Shown here piece by piece: positions 43,477 through 57,199 of a DNA stretch of 64,000 nt. The first letter of the stretch is position 1. Every line of letters begins with the position of its first letter. Source of the stretch: Bigelowiella natans CCMP2755. Its lineage: Eukaryota; Protista; Cercozoa. The position numbers and the translations under genes are program-made. The stretch lies in the NCBI GenBank assembly GCA_000320545.1, contig ADNK01001727.1, positions 38,271 to 102,270 on the forward strand, written 5' to 3'. The notes under the pieces are model-generated. The model was not told the origin of the DNA and ran no database searches. It saw only the letters and a program-made list of their open reading frames with translations.

Positions 43477-44664
43477 GAGCGGATAAGACAGCCAAAGTCC
43501 TTGGGAATTATTTTGCAAAGGTAGCAGCTGCATATAACAGCAGCAAAGGCAAATGATAAGTATGAGGAAGTCATTCTGTACGATGAGTAAACAATATAAG
43601 ATTAAGAAGAAGAAGAAGAAGAAGAAAGAATGAGTAAAATCCTTCACACTCTCCACTATCTATAAATGTAACGAATCTACAAAATCGCATAGGTAATAAA
43701 ACAAATGAAAGCTTTGGACTGTTATATATATTACAGCTTTGGGAGTTTTACCTTTTGAACGCACCAAAGCCCCTACGCTTCTCCTCCTCAACCTCCTCGA
43801 CGGTATCTAGTAGTTATATTATTCCCAAATAGTGATGATCATGATGATGATAGTTAGAAAATAATAATAGTAGTAATAATAATGACCCTGATACTCCTCT
43901 GCGTTGTTCTAGCGGTTATGATGACTTTGGCCTTGTAGAATACTGAGGAGACATATAGACCATCATTCAGCATTTAATTGTGCTATTTTTGTTATTTTCA
44001 TCTTCTTCTCTCTCTTTTCCTCGCATGTCATCGGAGCGTATTATGTTTGGTATATTCTTGTATGTTCTTGTTTTTTTCCATTCATTTTGCTACACTGACG
44101 CTGTAGTATAAACCTTGTTTAGCTGATTCTTTAACGGTGTTTCTTTTTATTGCTTTGTTCTTCTTACTCGGCCAGAGTAAGAGATCTAGGAAAGGAGCGA
44201 AAATGGGTGACAACAGGCATTATTTTGAGCTCGTCCAAGCGGACAACGCAATAACCAAACTTCAGGTTGTTAGTAGTCTCGTTGATGATGCCGTCATCGT
44301 CAAGGGTTGGTATTAGTGCAACGAATATAATACATATTTGCACCCTGGCAGTATTAACACTTGCTGTAGCTCTACCCGTCTTAGTACATACGTGATTATG
44401 CTTAAATTCATTCAAAGTGAATGATGACGGTATCTCCTTTATTAGTACTTCTCTATGGCTGGTCAAACACTCGTTTTCGTCTTTATATTATTTCTAGTGA
44501 TGACGATGATAATGGTGATGATGGCAATGACGTTGTACTCTAAATAGGTCCGAGATACGACAGGGAAGCGCACATTAGGTGTCGTTGTTATGACCATCAA
44601 TCATCATCACAAATAGTAATTAGTAGTATCAAGAATAGCAACAGGGGCAGAGCAACCGACGGAT

Positions 44665-44695
<31 letters not shown>

Positions 44696-45456
44696 CGCTA
44701 TAACCAGCCTTCTAGTAGTGTAACAACGAGAGAGACTGGAGAGACTATTGGGAATAGATGCTACAATTGGTATTATTGTTGTAGTTGTGATATTGTATGC
44801 TTCTTTTAATTCTGAAATCAGGGGCATTTGATCTCGTTTTCGTAAACAATGGAGGTGGTGTATATTGTCTGCCTGTTTGTTATTTTGAGTCGTTGTCTGT
44901 TAAACTTGTTCTTCTCATGGATCATAATAATAGTAACTCTGAATAGCGAATATTGTGGTGTTGTTATCATTAATAACGGCAGAATTAGAGCATTGGGAAA
45001 TATCATTTAAGGTGTTATCGCTCCTATACTACTACTACTGTTACTCTTACCACTATTATGGTAATACATATAACTACAGGAACTCAGTTCATGATGATTT
45101 CTTTTTTTTGTGAAATACCATTTAAGACTCGTAGATAATGCTATACAGCTTGTCTTATCAATCACTAAATCATCTTTGTGCACTTATATACTCTCATCAC
45201 CATCATCGTTATCACCATCATCATCACCATGATCATAATCTTCATTAGTGCAAGCTATGGGCAATAGATTCTCAAACGATACGAAGTCTGATCACGAACA
45301 CGACAGCTACTACCAAGCAAGGAGGACCAGCAGCATGCCTACCACCACCACCAACACTCATTGACTGCTCAGGTCCCCATCAGTCAGAAACACTTCAGGA
45401 TAAGGTACAAGCCCGATGCGGTATAACTATTATTATTATAAATAGTAGTAGTAATT

Positions 45457-45490
<34 letters not shown>

Positions 45491-46149
45491 CGGAAGTGTT
45501 ACGATGCATACGATGAATAGTATACTAATAGAACAGGTAGACTGGTGGGGTGTTAGTTACCATTTGAATTTGATTCATAAATGAAGGTGGATAAAGTGAA
45601 GAAACAGCTTAGACTAAGTCGAAATCCAGAGGTTGGTTGCGATGATAATGATGATGATGATTCTACTCCTTCTTATGGTTGAGAAAAAGAGTGTTCATTT
45701 TATCATTCGTTGCTAGTTTTATACCTGCTGTCTCATACTAATCAATGCTCTATTGCCATTTCCTCATGATCCGATGTACAGCAAACACAGGCAGCAGCAG
45801 CAGCAGCAGCATTATCATCTGAGAACATAGTCCCAAACATCATTAGATACTTACACTATATTCTCTGTGATCATTATACGCATCACCATCATTCTTATCA
45901 TCATTGTCTCCACCACCACCACCACCACCACCACCATCGATTAGGGGAGAAAGGCATTGGAAACTTACTATGGGAATGACAGCAAAGCAGAGGGATTTAG
46001 TAGTGCAAGCAGCGGCAGTAAAGGTTGGAGAAATCGTAGCAAAATCAACGTGCGTTGCGTCCTTCACGGTAGTAATAGTAGTAGTAGTAATACGTAGTGG
46101 TAGTAGCAATAAGAGGTATATGTTACATACGACATGGATTTAGACGTAT

Positions 46150-46183
<34 letters not shown>

Positions 46184-46223
46184 CAGCTGCTGGTCAAGGT
46201 AGGAGAAAATATTGTAGAAGACT

Positions 46224-46256
<33 letters not shown>

Positions 46257-47353
46257 GTGTGGATAGTAAGTGGCAGCACCAACACGTTATTCCTCTATCA
46301 AAGGAGGGTTAGTAATGTGCGAAGGGCCACTACATCACCATACATTCGTACACCATCTTTTGGCAGGGGGGGGGGGGAAGGAAGTATGAATGCAAGGGGT
46401 TGGTTGCATTGATGATGATTGTAGAATTGATATGAAAGAATACTGCTATGAGGGATGTCTGAAGACTAAGATAGAGGGTGGTGATCCATCTGTTTGTCTC
46501 AAATTATTGTCTTGCTGCTAGTATAATTTACATCTCTCTATCTACTCTTCTATGTATCTATTGCAGGGTTTGTGTTGTATCCCTTGAAAGAGGCGTATCA
46601 CCTCCTGACGACGACAACGAGGGGGGGGGGAGGGGAGGAAGAGAAAAATGAAGAGGAGAAACAAAGAAGCATAGCTTTGCTGCAATACCAGAAGAAGGTT
46701 CTTACCATACAATATATGCAGATACGATACGATAAGTAGCATATAACAACAACCTATCAGACGGCTGCATAAATGAGACACGACAAGGTGCACAGACCAT
46801 CACACTTATGTTAGTTATGCTATGTTTGATGAAGTCGATGACGATGATGATGATGATGATGATGATGATGACGATTGTGCTTAGATCGGAGTCCGCTGTG
46901 CAAAAGGGTGGTATACGGAAGATGTGGAAGACTTGAAAAGACTACAATTTGCCCCGAAAAGCAGTCTGTGGTAGTAAGAACACTAATAATAATGGTGATA
47001 ATAGTAATAGGATGCTGAATCTGGGCTCTGTTGGTATTCGGCGGAAGATATAGAGGAAGAGGAGAGAGAAAGATAGAGATGCTGCTATTCCTCCTTCTCC
47101 TCTTCCAATATGTTTGACAAATAGATGCGATATATCTTGGTATATAATGGTTGTTGATCAGGCTGATATTACCAAAGTTATGGTGGCTAGGTATGCAGCA
47201 GAGCATCGCATTATTCACCCTTGTGTTTTTATGATGATGATGATGACGATTGCAAATGCGTAGTAGTAGGTCATAGTTGCTATATATTGTTGATATGTAT
47301 CGAATGCTATCAAGGAAAAAGGAAGTTGTTACTGATATATACTACACGGTGTT

Positions 47354-47385
<32 letters not shown>

Positions 47386-48376
47386 GTTTTCTCGGCTGCT
47401 ACTACAACAACTACTACATCTACTTACTACTACTCACACTTGCTAGCCCCAGCACCCCACGGAACGCTAAAGAACCTTATCGAATCAGTAATAATCCTAA
47501 AGTGTTCTATAACTATTGTTGTTACACCCATTGGCTGCTGTTGGGAGTGTTTTGTGAAGACCCATCTTAGTCCTCCCTCATAGTGCAGCAGCAGTAGCAG
47601 CTTATTCCAACAATCTCGCCACCAACAGCATGTGATCGTCCATTATTATCGTTGTTTCTGAGTTAAATATCATAATTATATATTATATCCGATTTCCAAC
47701 TTTTCGCGTTTATAATTTTTTTCTTAAATGAAAACAATAGGGAGAGATCTTAACCACTGAAGAGTTCATAAAGTAAGTTTGCGATGCGACGTTGATTCGG
47801 ATAAATAATACATATATAATCTTCATCCATCAAGAGATGCACACGCACTATCGGCACTATCGTCAAAATCGTGTTAAACATTATCACCATGGCCAGTACA
47901 ATCAACCCTACAAACGTGTCTCTTTCATATCCAATATATAAGATATAATCGTCGATTCAATTGACCTCTCAGAGAAGTGAAGAGGAGGAGAAACTGTGAA
48001 AATACGATAGAGCGCAGAAAGAGAGTGTTTGTCGCGCAGGTGCAACTAACTTAATGTACACCAAAAGAAAAATATCTAGTTTCTAGTGAGTGAAGTAAAG
48101 AATTGATTCTTTGCCTCGAGGAAGGGCAGAGAGAATTTTTTTCTCTATGATCGTATTCACCATCAATCATCGTGGCTACCATCATAGTCATTTTTATTAA
48201 TAGTGCTCATCATCATCATCATCATCATTATCATCATCAATCATCTGTACTTCGCACTACTGGCAAATCAGATTGGGTTCAACCGTTCTATGCGTGTATA
48301 TGAGGAAATCAGCAGGGGCTTCGTTATGGAGAAAGGGTGGCTGCAAAAGTACCTAAACAAGCAAAAGAACAATTGA
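41806..48376 (+). CDS. DUF1853-like protein (PD-(D/E)XK nuclease superfamily-related), ~20 micro-exons; missed by the ORF track
   Basis: Phase-compatible GT-AG chain: MIVPSFACIVALLSFKRLFCRTAYANTQ|EVLQ...|..|VVRDLAFAV|GSVSLL...|..KWIYKL|DDDPTPLLEAIR|ADKTAKVLGNYFAK|LWEFYLLNAP..|..FELVQADNAITKLQ|VRDTTGKRTL|GAFDLVFVNNG|ELEHWEISFK|CKLWAID...SGPHQSETLQDK|VDKVKKQLRLSRNPE|...VLHG|FVLYP..|..KGWY..W|LILPKLWWL|APAP..|..YEEISRGFVMEKGW..stop. This matches, in order, the DUF1853 motif series as I recall it (VRDLAW, LD..P.PL, RLG.YFE, TLGELDF, HWELAVK, GP...L..K, QL.L, WLAP, E..RGFVV..W). Confidence 0.8.
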
Positions 48377-49078
48377 CGTGACTACCCATCAAACCATTTA
48401 TTGTGTGGTGAGTATCGTTTGCATGCTTTGCGAAATTTGGATGTTCTAGTGTTTACCACCTGCACGATGACGATCTTCATTTAGTCGATTACTGCATGCA
48501 GTCGCTGCAAGTCGAGTACATGATTATGTTCTGAATGATTCATGCAGCGCGTACTGCGCGATGCTGCCCGCCCATGCAGGCCGCTGCACGTGTAGAAGCT
48601 AATAGCAAACGCAAGTAGACTATGATTCTAGATCGCATGAAGATTATAACCGGCCAAACATTGATGAAACGGGTCTACAATGCTATAATGAGTCGCATTA
48701 GGAGTCATTTGAGAGTGCTAGAATGAAAGCTTCCAATGCATGAAAAGCCTTCTTAGTACTAGTCGATTAGAAGAAAAATGTAATGAAATGAATAAAGTAA
48801 ATCTTAGAATCTAGACAGTTGTTACTGTGACATATATAGCTGTGCTTCGTGCACCATGCATGCACGCACACGCGCGCATGGTTGCACATCTAGATATGTG
48901 CGACCGCACCATCGAGCTATCTAGCTATGCCCGCATGCAATGCTAGAATGAGCGCACGCCTAGACGCGCGCAAAGCTCATTTCACACAGTCGACATTTGT
49001 GTAAGCAGCATGTAGGAACTTACGATAATTCAGCAGATTTCCTACATAATTACTACCTATTGCAAATAAATCTACGAG

Positions 49079-49301
49079 TTATATGACACGCTGCATCTTA
49101 ATAGGCGTTATCAAATCAGCATTCCTTGCGGTAGTAACGGTTGTTATTGTCCCTGTTTCTCTGTAGCCCTCCTCCTTTGCAGCATCATCACTACGAATTG
49201 GCAGTTGAGGGGGGGGGCCGAATATTCCTCCTTGCACATATGCAGCACTACAGCTCCTAGCATCAAAAGAATACATTATTCAATTATGAATCTATGCTGT
49301 T

Positions 49302-49348
<47 letters not shown>

Positions 49349-49963
49349 TTCTCTCTTTCTCTCTTTCTCTCTTTCTCCTTTGCCGTGCCCTATTACTAGC
49401 TAGCTACCACCACTACCACCACTACTACTAGCACTAGTAGCAGTACCTTTGTCCAGATGGAAAAATGGTTGTTGTGGGAAGATCCGTGACTAGTTTCACC
49501 TACCATTAGCGTTGACCATCTCTATATATCCATTTGCTTGCTTTTCCTTGCTTTGTCATTGCTGCTACTACTACTACTACTACTACTACTACTATTTCGC
49601 AGTGTAAAGTAGTGTTCTCACCCCCTCAGGAGTCTCCATCCCCTCAACGAAGCCAAACCAATAGATAATCATGCCAGGGCCATACCTATAACAACAACAA
49701 CAACAACCACAACAATAACAATAATAAATAATAATGAGAAAAAAACAACGAGACGATGATGATGACGATAGTGATGGAAAATAGGACCATGCGAGCCTAT
49801 TTGAGCACAAATACAACAACAGGTACTGGTACTACTAGCTAGTTGGGTATTGCAGGCAGTTGGTTACCTATCCACATATTGTTGGATTTGTTGTTGTGTG
49901 TGCTTCTCATGAGACAATGGATCTCCAAACGATGCCTGGTGTGTGCAAAAACCACGTAGTTTG

Positions 49964-50025
<62 letters not shown>

Positions 50026-50552
50026 ACAACAACAATAATAACAATAACACAGTCAAAGTAGGAATAGAAAGGGACTAAGAAAGAAAAAAGAGAGACTGAG
50101 AGAGAAAGAGAGAACGGAAGAGAGAGAGAGAGGGAGGGAGGGAGAGAGAGAGAGAGAGAGAGAGATGGGGGGGGGTAGAAAGTAGTATGTGTGGTGCTAT
50201 TTGTTTACAACTTGTCTGCTGTTACGCATTCGTAACATCATAGTTGAAGAAGGGAATACGACAACTAGATGATATGCTATTAAGATATACTGTTTTGTCC
50301 ATGTTGTTGTATTGGCAGAGCAGCAGGTATCTCTTCTTTCTCCATTCAATGCAGCTCTTGATATGATGGGATGCGATGCATACATTAATAAGCAGCAGCA
50401 CTATGTTATTACCTTGCTATCGATCCATGTCACACTTTGCTTGGAGATATCTGCAGGAACAATAGTAGTAGTAGTAGTGGTAGTAGAATAAGTGGAAGTA
50501 GTAGATATAGTAGTAGTATTTGTAGTAGAACATGATTGGTGGCAGCAGTAGT

Positions 50553-50603
<51 letters not shown>

Positions 50604-51282
50604 ATCAACTATAGTAACTTCACTACTCCTGCTGCTGCTGCTGCTGCTGCTAGGGAATACTATCACCACCACTATTACTAACTATCACCACCACCATCAT
50701 CATCAGCATCATCATCAGCATTATCATTATGATCGTCATCATCACTGCATTGCAGGAAGAGATATATTACTATTTTTACTATCATTTTTATTAATACAGA
50801 CCTACTGGTACTAAAAGCCTTACGTCTGGAGTCTTATCCATTCCTTCTACCCTGCAATAACAATACGACTTTGCATATATGCAGCAGCGTGTATTTGTGT
50901 GTTTGTTCGCATGATAGTATACTGTTTGTATCATTGCTCTCCAATGTTGCTGTTTTTGTTGTTGTCCAAGTCCATCGATTACTTGAGGTCATCTTCAGAT
51001 TGGTGGGGAATGCCTCTATTCCTTAATTTCTCCTTTTTCAGTTAGAAGAAAATATGTATATAAATATGTTCTCATATATTTTATATATAATTATATTATC
51101 ATCAAGTTGGCTCGTGATTGTTATTGTTGGGGCAACATAACAACCAAAGTTACGTCGTCATAGATTTGTTGTGTTTATATGAATGTTCCTACGTAGTAGT
51201 ATGTAAGAGCCTAATGCATAGTAATACCTGAAGTATGTGCTCATATTCGTCGCCAACAAACCTAGGTACACGCACACACACA

Positions 51283-51317
<35 letters not shown>

Positions 51318-52403
51318 ACACACACACAAAGATATAGTAACAAGTACCGCTGCGATTTCTACACCAAGAACAACATCAGCTTCTACTACCACTACCACTG
51401 CTGCTACTACTACTGTTGATAGTGGTGCTATCACCTCCTAATGTAGTCGAAGTATGGAGAACAATGCAAATCTAACTCGATGCATCTGCAAAGACAATGA
51501 AGAAGAAGATGCGGATGGAAATTATGATGATGATAATTTGATAACGGTGATAATGACTACTATTATTATGATGAAATTTCAATTCTACCGCTGCTACTAC
51601 AGCTGCTACTATCGTGTTTTAAGCGGAGTCTCTACACAGATTGTGTAATGTTTACCACCACTAATGCGATGATGGATGATGGTGATAATACTTCTCTATC
51701 TGTTCCCGAAGAATTTCGTCTTCGATAAGGCTTGGATTACGCATCAGCTTTGAAATCATCTTCTTTGCTACACCTTTGGAAATCACGGTAGGCTTAGAAG
51801 GATGGCATTTCACTATCCCTTCGATACTGACGAAAATTTTACTTTGCGGATACGTGTACGACAGATGATCTTCCAGAATAGATCTCGCAACAAGATATGG
51901 AGATTTTCTGTTTTGGTAAGAACGAACAGGCGGTAAGAAGATATCTTCTTAAGAGCAGGGGCGGCGGCCACGAATTACCTTTGTGATACGGCAATGGACA
52001 CTATATCCTCCCCCTCGTAGTACCTTTGAACACACCTACGAATTCCCTGCCACCTTGCCTTGGTCCTCAAGTAATGCATTTGATATTTTTGAAGAAACAT
52101 GGATAGAAGTGTTGCGTATGTTATTATCCCCGATTCATCAGAAAGGTGTCGCTTCATCGCTGCCGCAGCAGCCTCCTCAACTCGATCAATACTATCTAAT
52201 TCGGCCACTAGCCTTTCGTACATGCCCTTATCCATTGTGTTTGGACGGCTTGTGTTAACTCGACTGTGCTCATTTACAACTACAGGTTTTTTTCGGTCTT
52301 CATCGTCCATGTCCATGAGCTCGTGCTCCTTTTCCTCCATTGATCCTCCAGTGTGATGCCGATGTACATTAAAAGGAAGGTGAATGACAGTGTGCGACAT
52401 CAT
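49079..52403 (-). CDS. CDIN1: CDAN1-interacting nuclease 1 (C15orf41, TPD-motif family) homologue, ~12 exons
   Basis: YYEGEDIVSIA..|KSPYLVARSILE..|LMRNPSLIEDEILREQIE|KCIELDLHCSPYFDYIRR|FVGDEYEHILQ|EKLRNRGIPHQSEDDLK|VEGMDKTPDVRLLVPV|..VTWIDSK|ASFGD...QQYVDR|YGPGMIIYWFGFVE. The diagnostic KTPD, WIDSKASFGD and GPG.iIYWFGF motifs are all present. Confidence 0.9.
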
Positions 52404-53247
52404 AATTTACATGTCGCAGGGAGTTCAATCATACACAAAGCGGCAAACTGTTCCGGTTTGAGCAGAGACTAGATGTAGTTGCGACAAAGCAACATAGATC
52501 AAATAGGCTATGAAAAGAGGGGATTACCAGGATTATTTGAACTTTCTTCTCGGTAAAAGTTGTACTAACTCCGAATTCTTGGAGATGCACCACGTGTCAC
52601 GTTGCCAGAGCAACAAGCTGTCGGATGAGATTGACGAATATCCGTTCTCGTCAGAAACAATCCATATTTGTTGTGCGAAATCGCTTCTTTTTTGTCGTAT
52701 GTAATAAATTGCATCGGAGAAATATTCAGGTTCAGGATTCCAGAAAGATTCAATCTGAATCAGATCATCAGGAAGTATCGGGCGTTTCATAATAAAAGAA
52801 AGAAATATAGGTGATTTTTCGGTTAAGACAAGGACGAATATGTGCTTGGGAGCTCCTCAGGTGCACAACTTGTGGACTCACCCCCCCTTTAAAACCTTTT
52901 CTCTACCGGATAAACTAAAGTCTCCATACAAGCTCTACGTTTCCGATTTGGGTGCACAACCTTGTAGATTTCTTAGTTTTGGTCACTTTGGAATCTTTGT
53001 GAGCAGAACAAGTGTAAAACTACCGATTACGGGGGGGGGTGGGGGTCAGAGTGGGAATATGAAATCTTTCTCCACCGAGCAGATATGCGTATAGATTGCT
53101 GTCACTCCAGAATTGATATTCCTCTGTCCAAAAGAACATTTAATATGTTTCTTGAAAAAGCACAACAATAGTTTATTGGCATCGTTACTGGCTCCTCTCA
53201 CCATCGTCATCATTTGTACGTACAACCAGGAGGACACAACACGAACA

Positions 53248-53429
53248 ATGGCGTTCAGTAACTGCTGTTGGAAATATAGGGGTCTAATCTACATGGCCAT
53301 TTCGGCGTTGGGTCAAGCATTTGGCGCATTGTTCGTGAAATTTGCCGCTGCTTCAGGCATGCAGGTGGTGTTTCTAGATAACGATGTGTATTTATATATT
53401 TATCACACAGCAGGGACCAGGCGTTGGGG

Positions 53430-53468
<39 letters not shown>

Positions 53469-54510
53469 TTATATTATAATGCTGGTGGCTCAGTAGTATG
53501 CGTGTTAAGTTTCCTATATTTGCTCTTATTTTCTCCTATTTCAGTGTTTTCAAATTCTGTTCTTCCGGGGCACAATGATGCTGACGGCAAATGTTACCAT
53601 TTTGTACCTCCAAAAGACTCCTTTCAGAGAATGGTACTGCTACTGCGAGCCATCAATACGTATACACGTAGCATGCTAATATGTACATTGTTTTGAAGAT
53701 TGAATTGTTTCGTTAGGTGGGGCGACGATGTTGAACATACCACCTGGCTGATCATACGAGGGTAGAACTACAATTAGAAAGACACAACATACTATAGTAG
53801 TGCGTTTTAAATTTGTTCTGATCCCAGACGATAATAGGAGAGGGGACTGGGGTGAGGGGGGGGGGGGGGGAGGGGAGGTATAGTTGTGGTAGTATCTAGG
53901 TAGCAGGGTGTTTTGTTGGCAATGATTGCCCTAGGAGAGCTGCTGGGCTGTTGCTGACTGTTTATAATAATAATAATAATAATAATTGTCAAAATGATAG
54001 ATAATTCTATTGCAATCATGATTGATATATCACGACAGAGTTTGTGGGTTCTTATCCTTGGCATGCAAGTATTGGAGTGTTATTCATCTCTACCTCGCAG
54101 ATGCTATTAGGTAATGTGTTTGTATGATGGTGTTTGTCTTCCACATTATCTTGCTATTCATGTTCTTTTGTATTATCTATAAATAATAGCATCTTTCTAC
54201 GTGTTTTTGCTTGCTTGCGGGTGGATGTGTAAATGCACGTGTGTGCCAAACATTTTAATATGACCCTTGTCGTCTGTCTCTCTCTGTGTGGAATATGACG
54301 ATCATCCATCCATATCCATATATACCATCAGTATTCGGTTCACTGTACATATATTCTCTGGCATATTCGCTTGTATGCTGCTGGGAGAGTCGTGGCTATT
54401 GGGAGAGGTAAAGAAGAAAAACACGCACGCATTTGTGCTAGTACTACAACTACTTGTAGTAAATATAACATATAGTAAATGATGCATGCTTCGGTTTTGT
54501 GTATGCGCGC

Positions 54511-54541
<31 letters not shown>

Positions 54542-55805
54542 TGTGTGTGTGTATCATATTTAAAATTTTATATGGTATATATTACTTGCTTCATCATCGT
54601 CATCTTCTTCTTCTCCTCCTTCTCCATTTTGATGATATTAATCTTTCATGTTTAACGGGGGGGGATTATAGGCGATAAGTGCGGTGGTAGGCTTTGGAGG
54701 CATTCTGATGATAGTTCAACCTGCATGGCTCTCAATTTTAGGTTGTAATCACTTGATTGTTTCTTAGCAGAGATAGAGTATGGAAGTAGTAGCAGATGCC
54801 GTATCATCGATGAATCGTAACAGTAGTAGTAGTAGTAGTAGTAGTAGTAATGGTGGTGGTGGTGATGGTGAAGGTGGCAAAAAGGCAAGACGGTGTGTGT
54901 GTATATATATATATATATATATTATATTATATTATATCATAGTCGTTGATTTCCAAAATTGTTGCGCCATTTATCTCTTCCTTATCCTCATCCTCCTTCT
55001 TCACCTACACAATACTGTCTTGTCTCTCATTATCATGATATCATCACCATCTTCATCCTCCTCATCATCATCTTAATGATAACAGGATTCCCTGCCAAAG
55101 TTGGTCCTGAATATCCGGTAGTAGTAGTAGTAGTAGTAGTTGTTGTTGTTATAGTAATAATAATAGCAATAACAATGATATTAACAATAACAATAATAAT
55201 ACCATCACCACAATCCGCCACCATAGCCTACAAACTAGTGGCACATTATGTGACTGTGCCAACTCCCTCCCTAACCCTAACCCCTCCCCCGATTTTCTTT
55301 GACCATCGTCAGGCGTGTATTTCAACCACCGCCAAACACTGTATTATGGGTGATGACGTACGTTGTGTAGGTGCTAGATGTGACTGTGGCCATTCTTTGC
55401 CCGGTGTTCAACGCCTTTGGTTACGTCGCTATTCGGAAGATCAAGCAGCTCAGGTAGCACATAGTAGTAGTAGTAGTAGTAGTAGTAGTAGGCTGATTAG
55501 GATATTAGAGTAGATGTATATGATGATAATGATGATGATCATGAGGATGGTGTCTGGCTCGATGAGCAACCAACCGCTACCACTTGTTCTCCAAACTAGC
55601 GCCTACCACCATACACTTATACATACGATGGCTGCTTCTTCCTCTTGTTCTTCTTGTTGTTATGGTAGGGAACACACTGACCCCTTCATCATTTTACACT
55701 ACTTGGGAATAATCCTTACGGTGTCATCATTACCTCTTGCAAGGTGCTTCATACCACGAGAAGACGACCTAGCATATTATAATACAAAACGTATTCTCTT
55801 TCTCC

Positions 55806-55843
<38 letters not shown>

Positions 55844-55961
55844 TACACACACATACACACACACGCACATCCAATAAGCACTACTTGTCATTATTTTCTC
55901 TTGAATACAAACACGCATACGAGGATGTATAATTGTTATTCCCCTCCTCCTATATATAATG

Positions 55962-56001
<40 letters not shown>

Positions 56002-57199
56002 TATAGATTCATCGAAGGGCCCTTGGAGCTGCCAAAAGGCGTTGATGCATGGTTTTGGCTGATGATGCTTGGTCTCACAACGTAAGAACATTGATGAATA
56101 ATGACGAAGGAGAAACATCACGCAACACATCAGTGCCATCGATGATGACGACGAGGGGGAGGCGGTGGCGGAGGAGGAGAATCATATTGCAAGATATTCG
56201 CTGATTTTGATATCTATCTTCTTCTCCTTCTTCTTCTTCTGACTTTGCTTTGCACATTTTATGTTGTTTGTGTTGTGTATTTGTGTGGTTCTACTCCTAC
56301 ACCCATCCTCCTCCTCCTCCTCCTACTACTCAACAACAACAACAACAATAAGGTATCTGTCCCAGATATTTGTGACTTGGGGACTTCAGATTGAACGAGC
56401 TGGCCCGGCGACTACAGTAACTCTTATCGGCGTGCCTTCGACTATGATCCTGCAGGTATTATTATTATTAAGATACTGACTCAACAACTTCTTGCTGTAT
56501 CATTGGTAAAATCTACCATCTTACGATATCCTCATTACCACCATCATCACCATCATCATCATCATCATATAGGTTATATTTCTACACAAAGAGCCTCTCT
56601 CATGGCTATCGATCTTTGGGGCACTTGTTATATGGTATTTACTTAATCACTATGCATTCTTCTTCTTGTAGTACCAACAAGCTTTTCTGATAAATACTCC
56701 ATCTAATCAGCTTCAGTATTGGGAATGTGGCGCTAACGAAGGCTATTTTCAAGTCTAGTGGTAGTAGTACTTTATGATGATGATGGTGATGATGATGATC
56801 ACGTTGATTGCGGTGGTGTAATATTGACGATGACGATGATGATGATGATGATGATACTGATGTTGTGACTCCGTGATGGATGGATGATAAAAATAACGAT
56901 CACATGCAACAAATACAACATCCATAGCTCAAGAAAAAGGCGAGAACATGGCTCTGAAGAAAGGTAAAAATACGCTGATATTGCCAAGTGGAAGTGACAT
57001 GCAGCACGGTAGTAAGAGCTGTATGAACTCAACCCTAGAAGAGTTATTTTCATTATACAGCATGCTAGTGAGAAATCAATGGATCTTGGTACTATGTGAG
57101 GACTTTCAGTATAGCTTTTTGACATTACAACTACCATCATCACCATCATCATCATCATCATCCTCATCATCATCATTGTCATTATTTTGCTGCTGTTAA
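53248..57199 (+). CDS. DMT-superfamily (EamA, SLC35G-like) transporter, multi-exon; 3' end approximate
   Basis: GLIYMAISALGQAFGALFVKFAA|VFQILFFRG..|..WLIIR|..GFLSLACKYWSVIHLYLADAIS|IRFTVHIFSGIFACMLLGE|...YLSQIFVTWGLQIERAGPATTVTLIGVPSTMILQ|VIFLHKEPLSWLSIFGALVI: two EamA-like hydrophobic repeats. Confidence 0.85.

Noticed and set aside
44164-44466. 100-aa minus-strand ORF as a nested gene
   Set aside because: It overlaps in antisense a required DUF1853-like exon (44176-44265) and has no recognisable motif.
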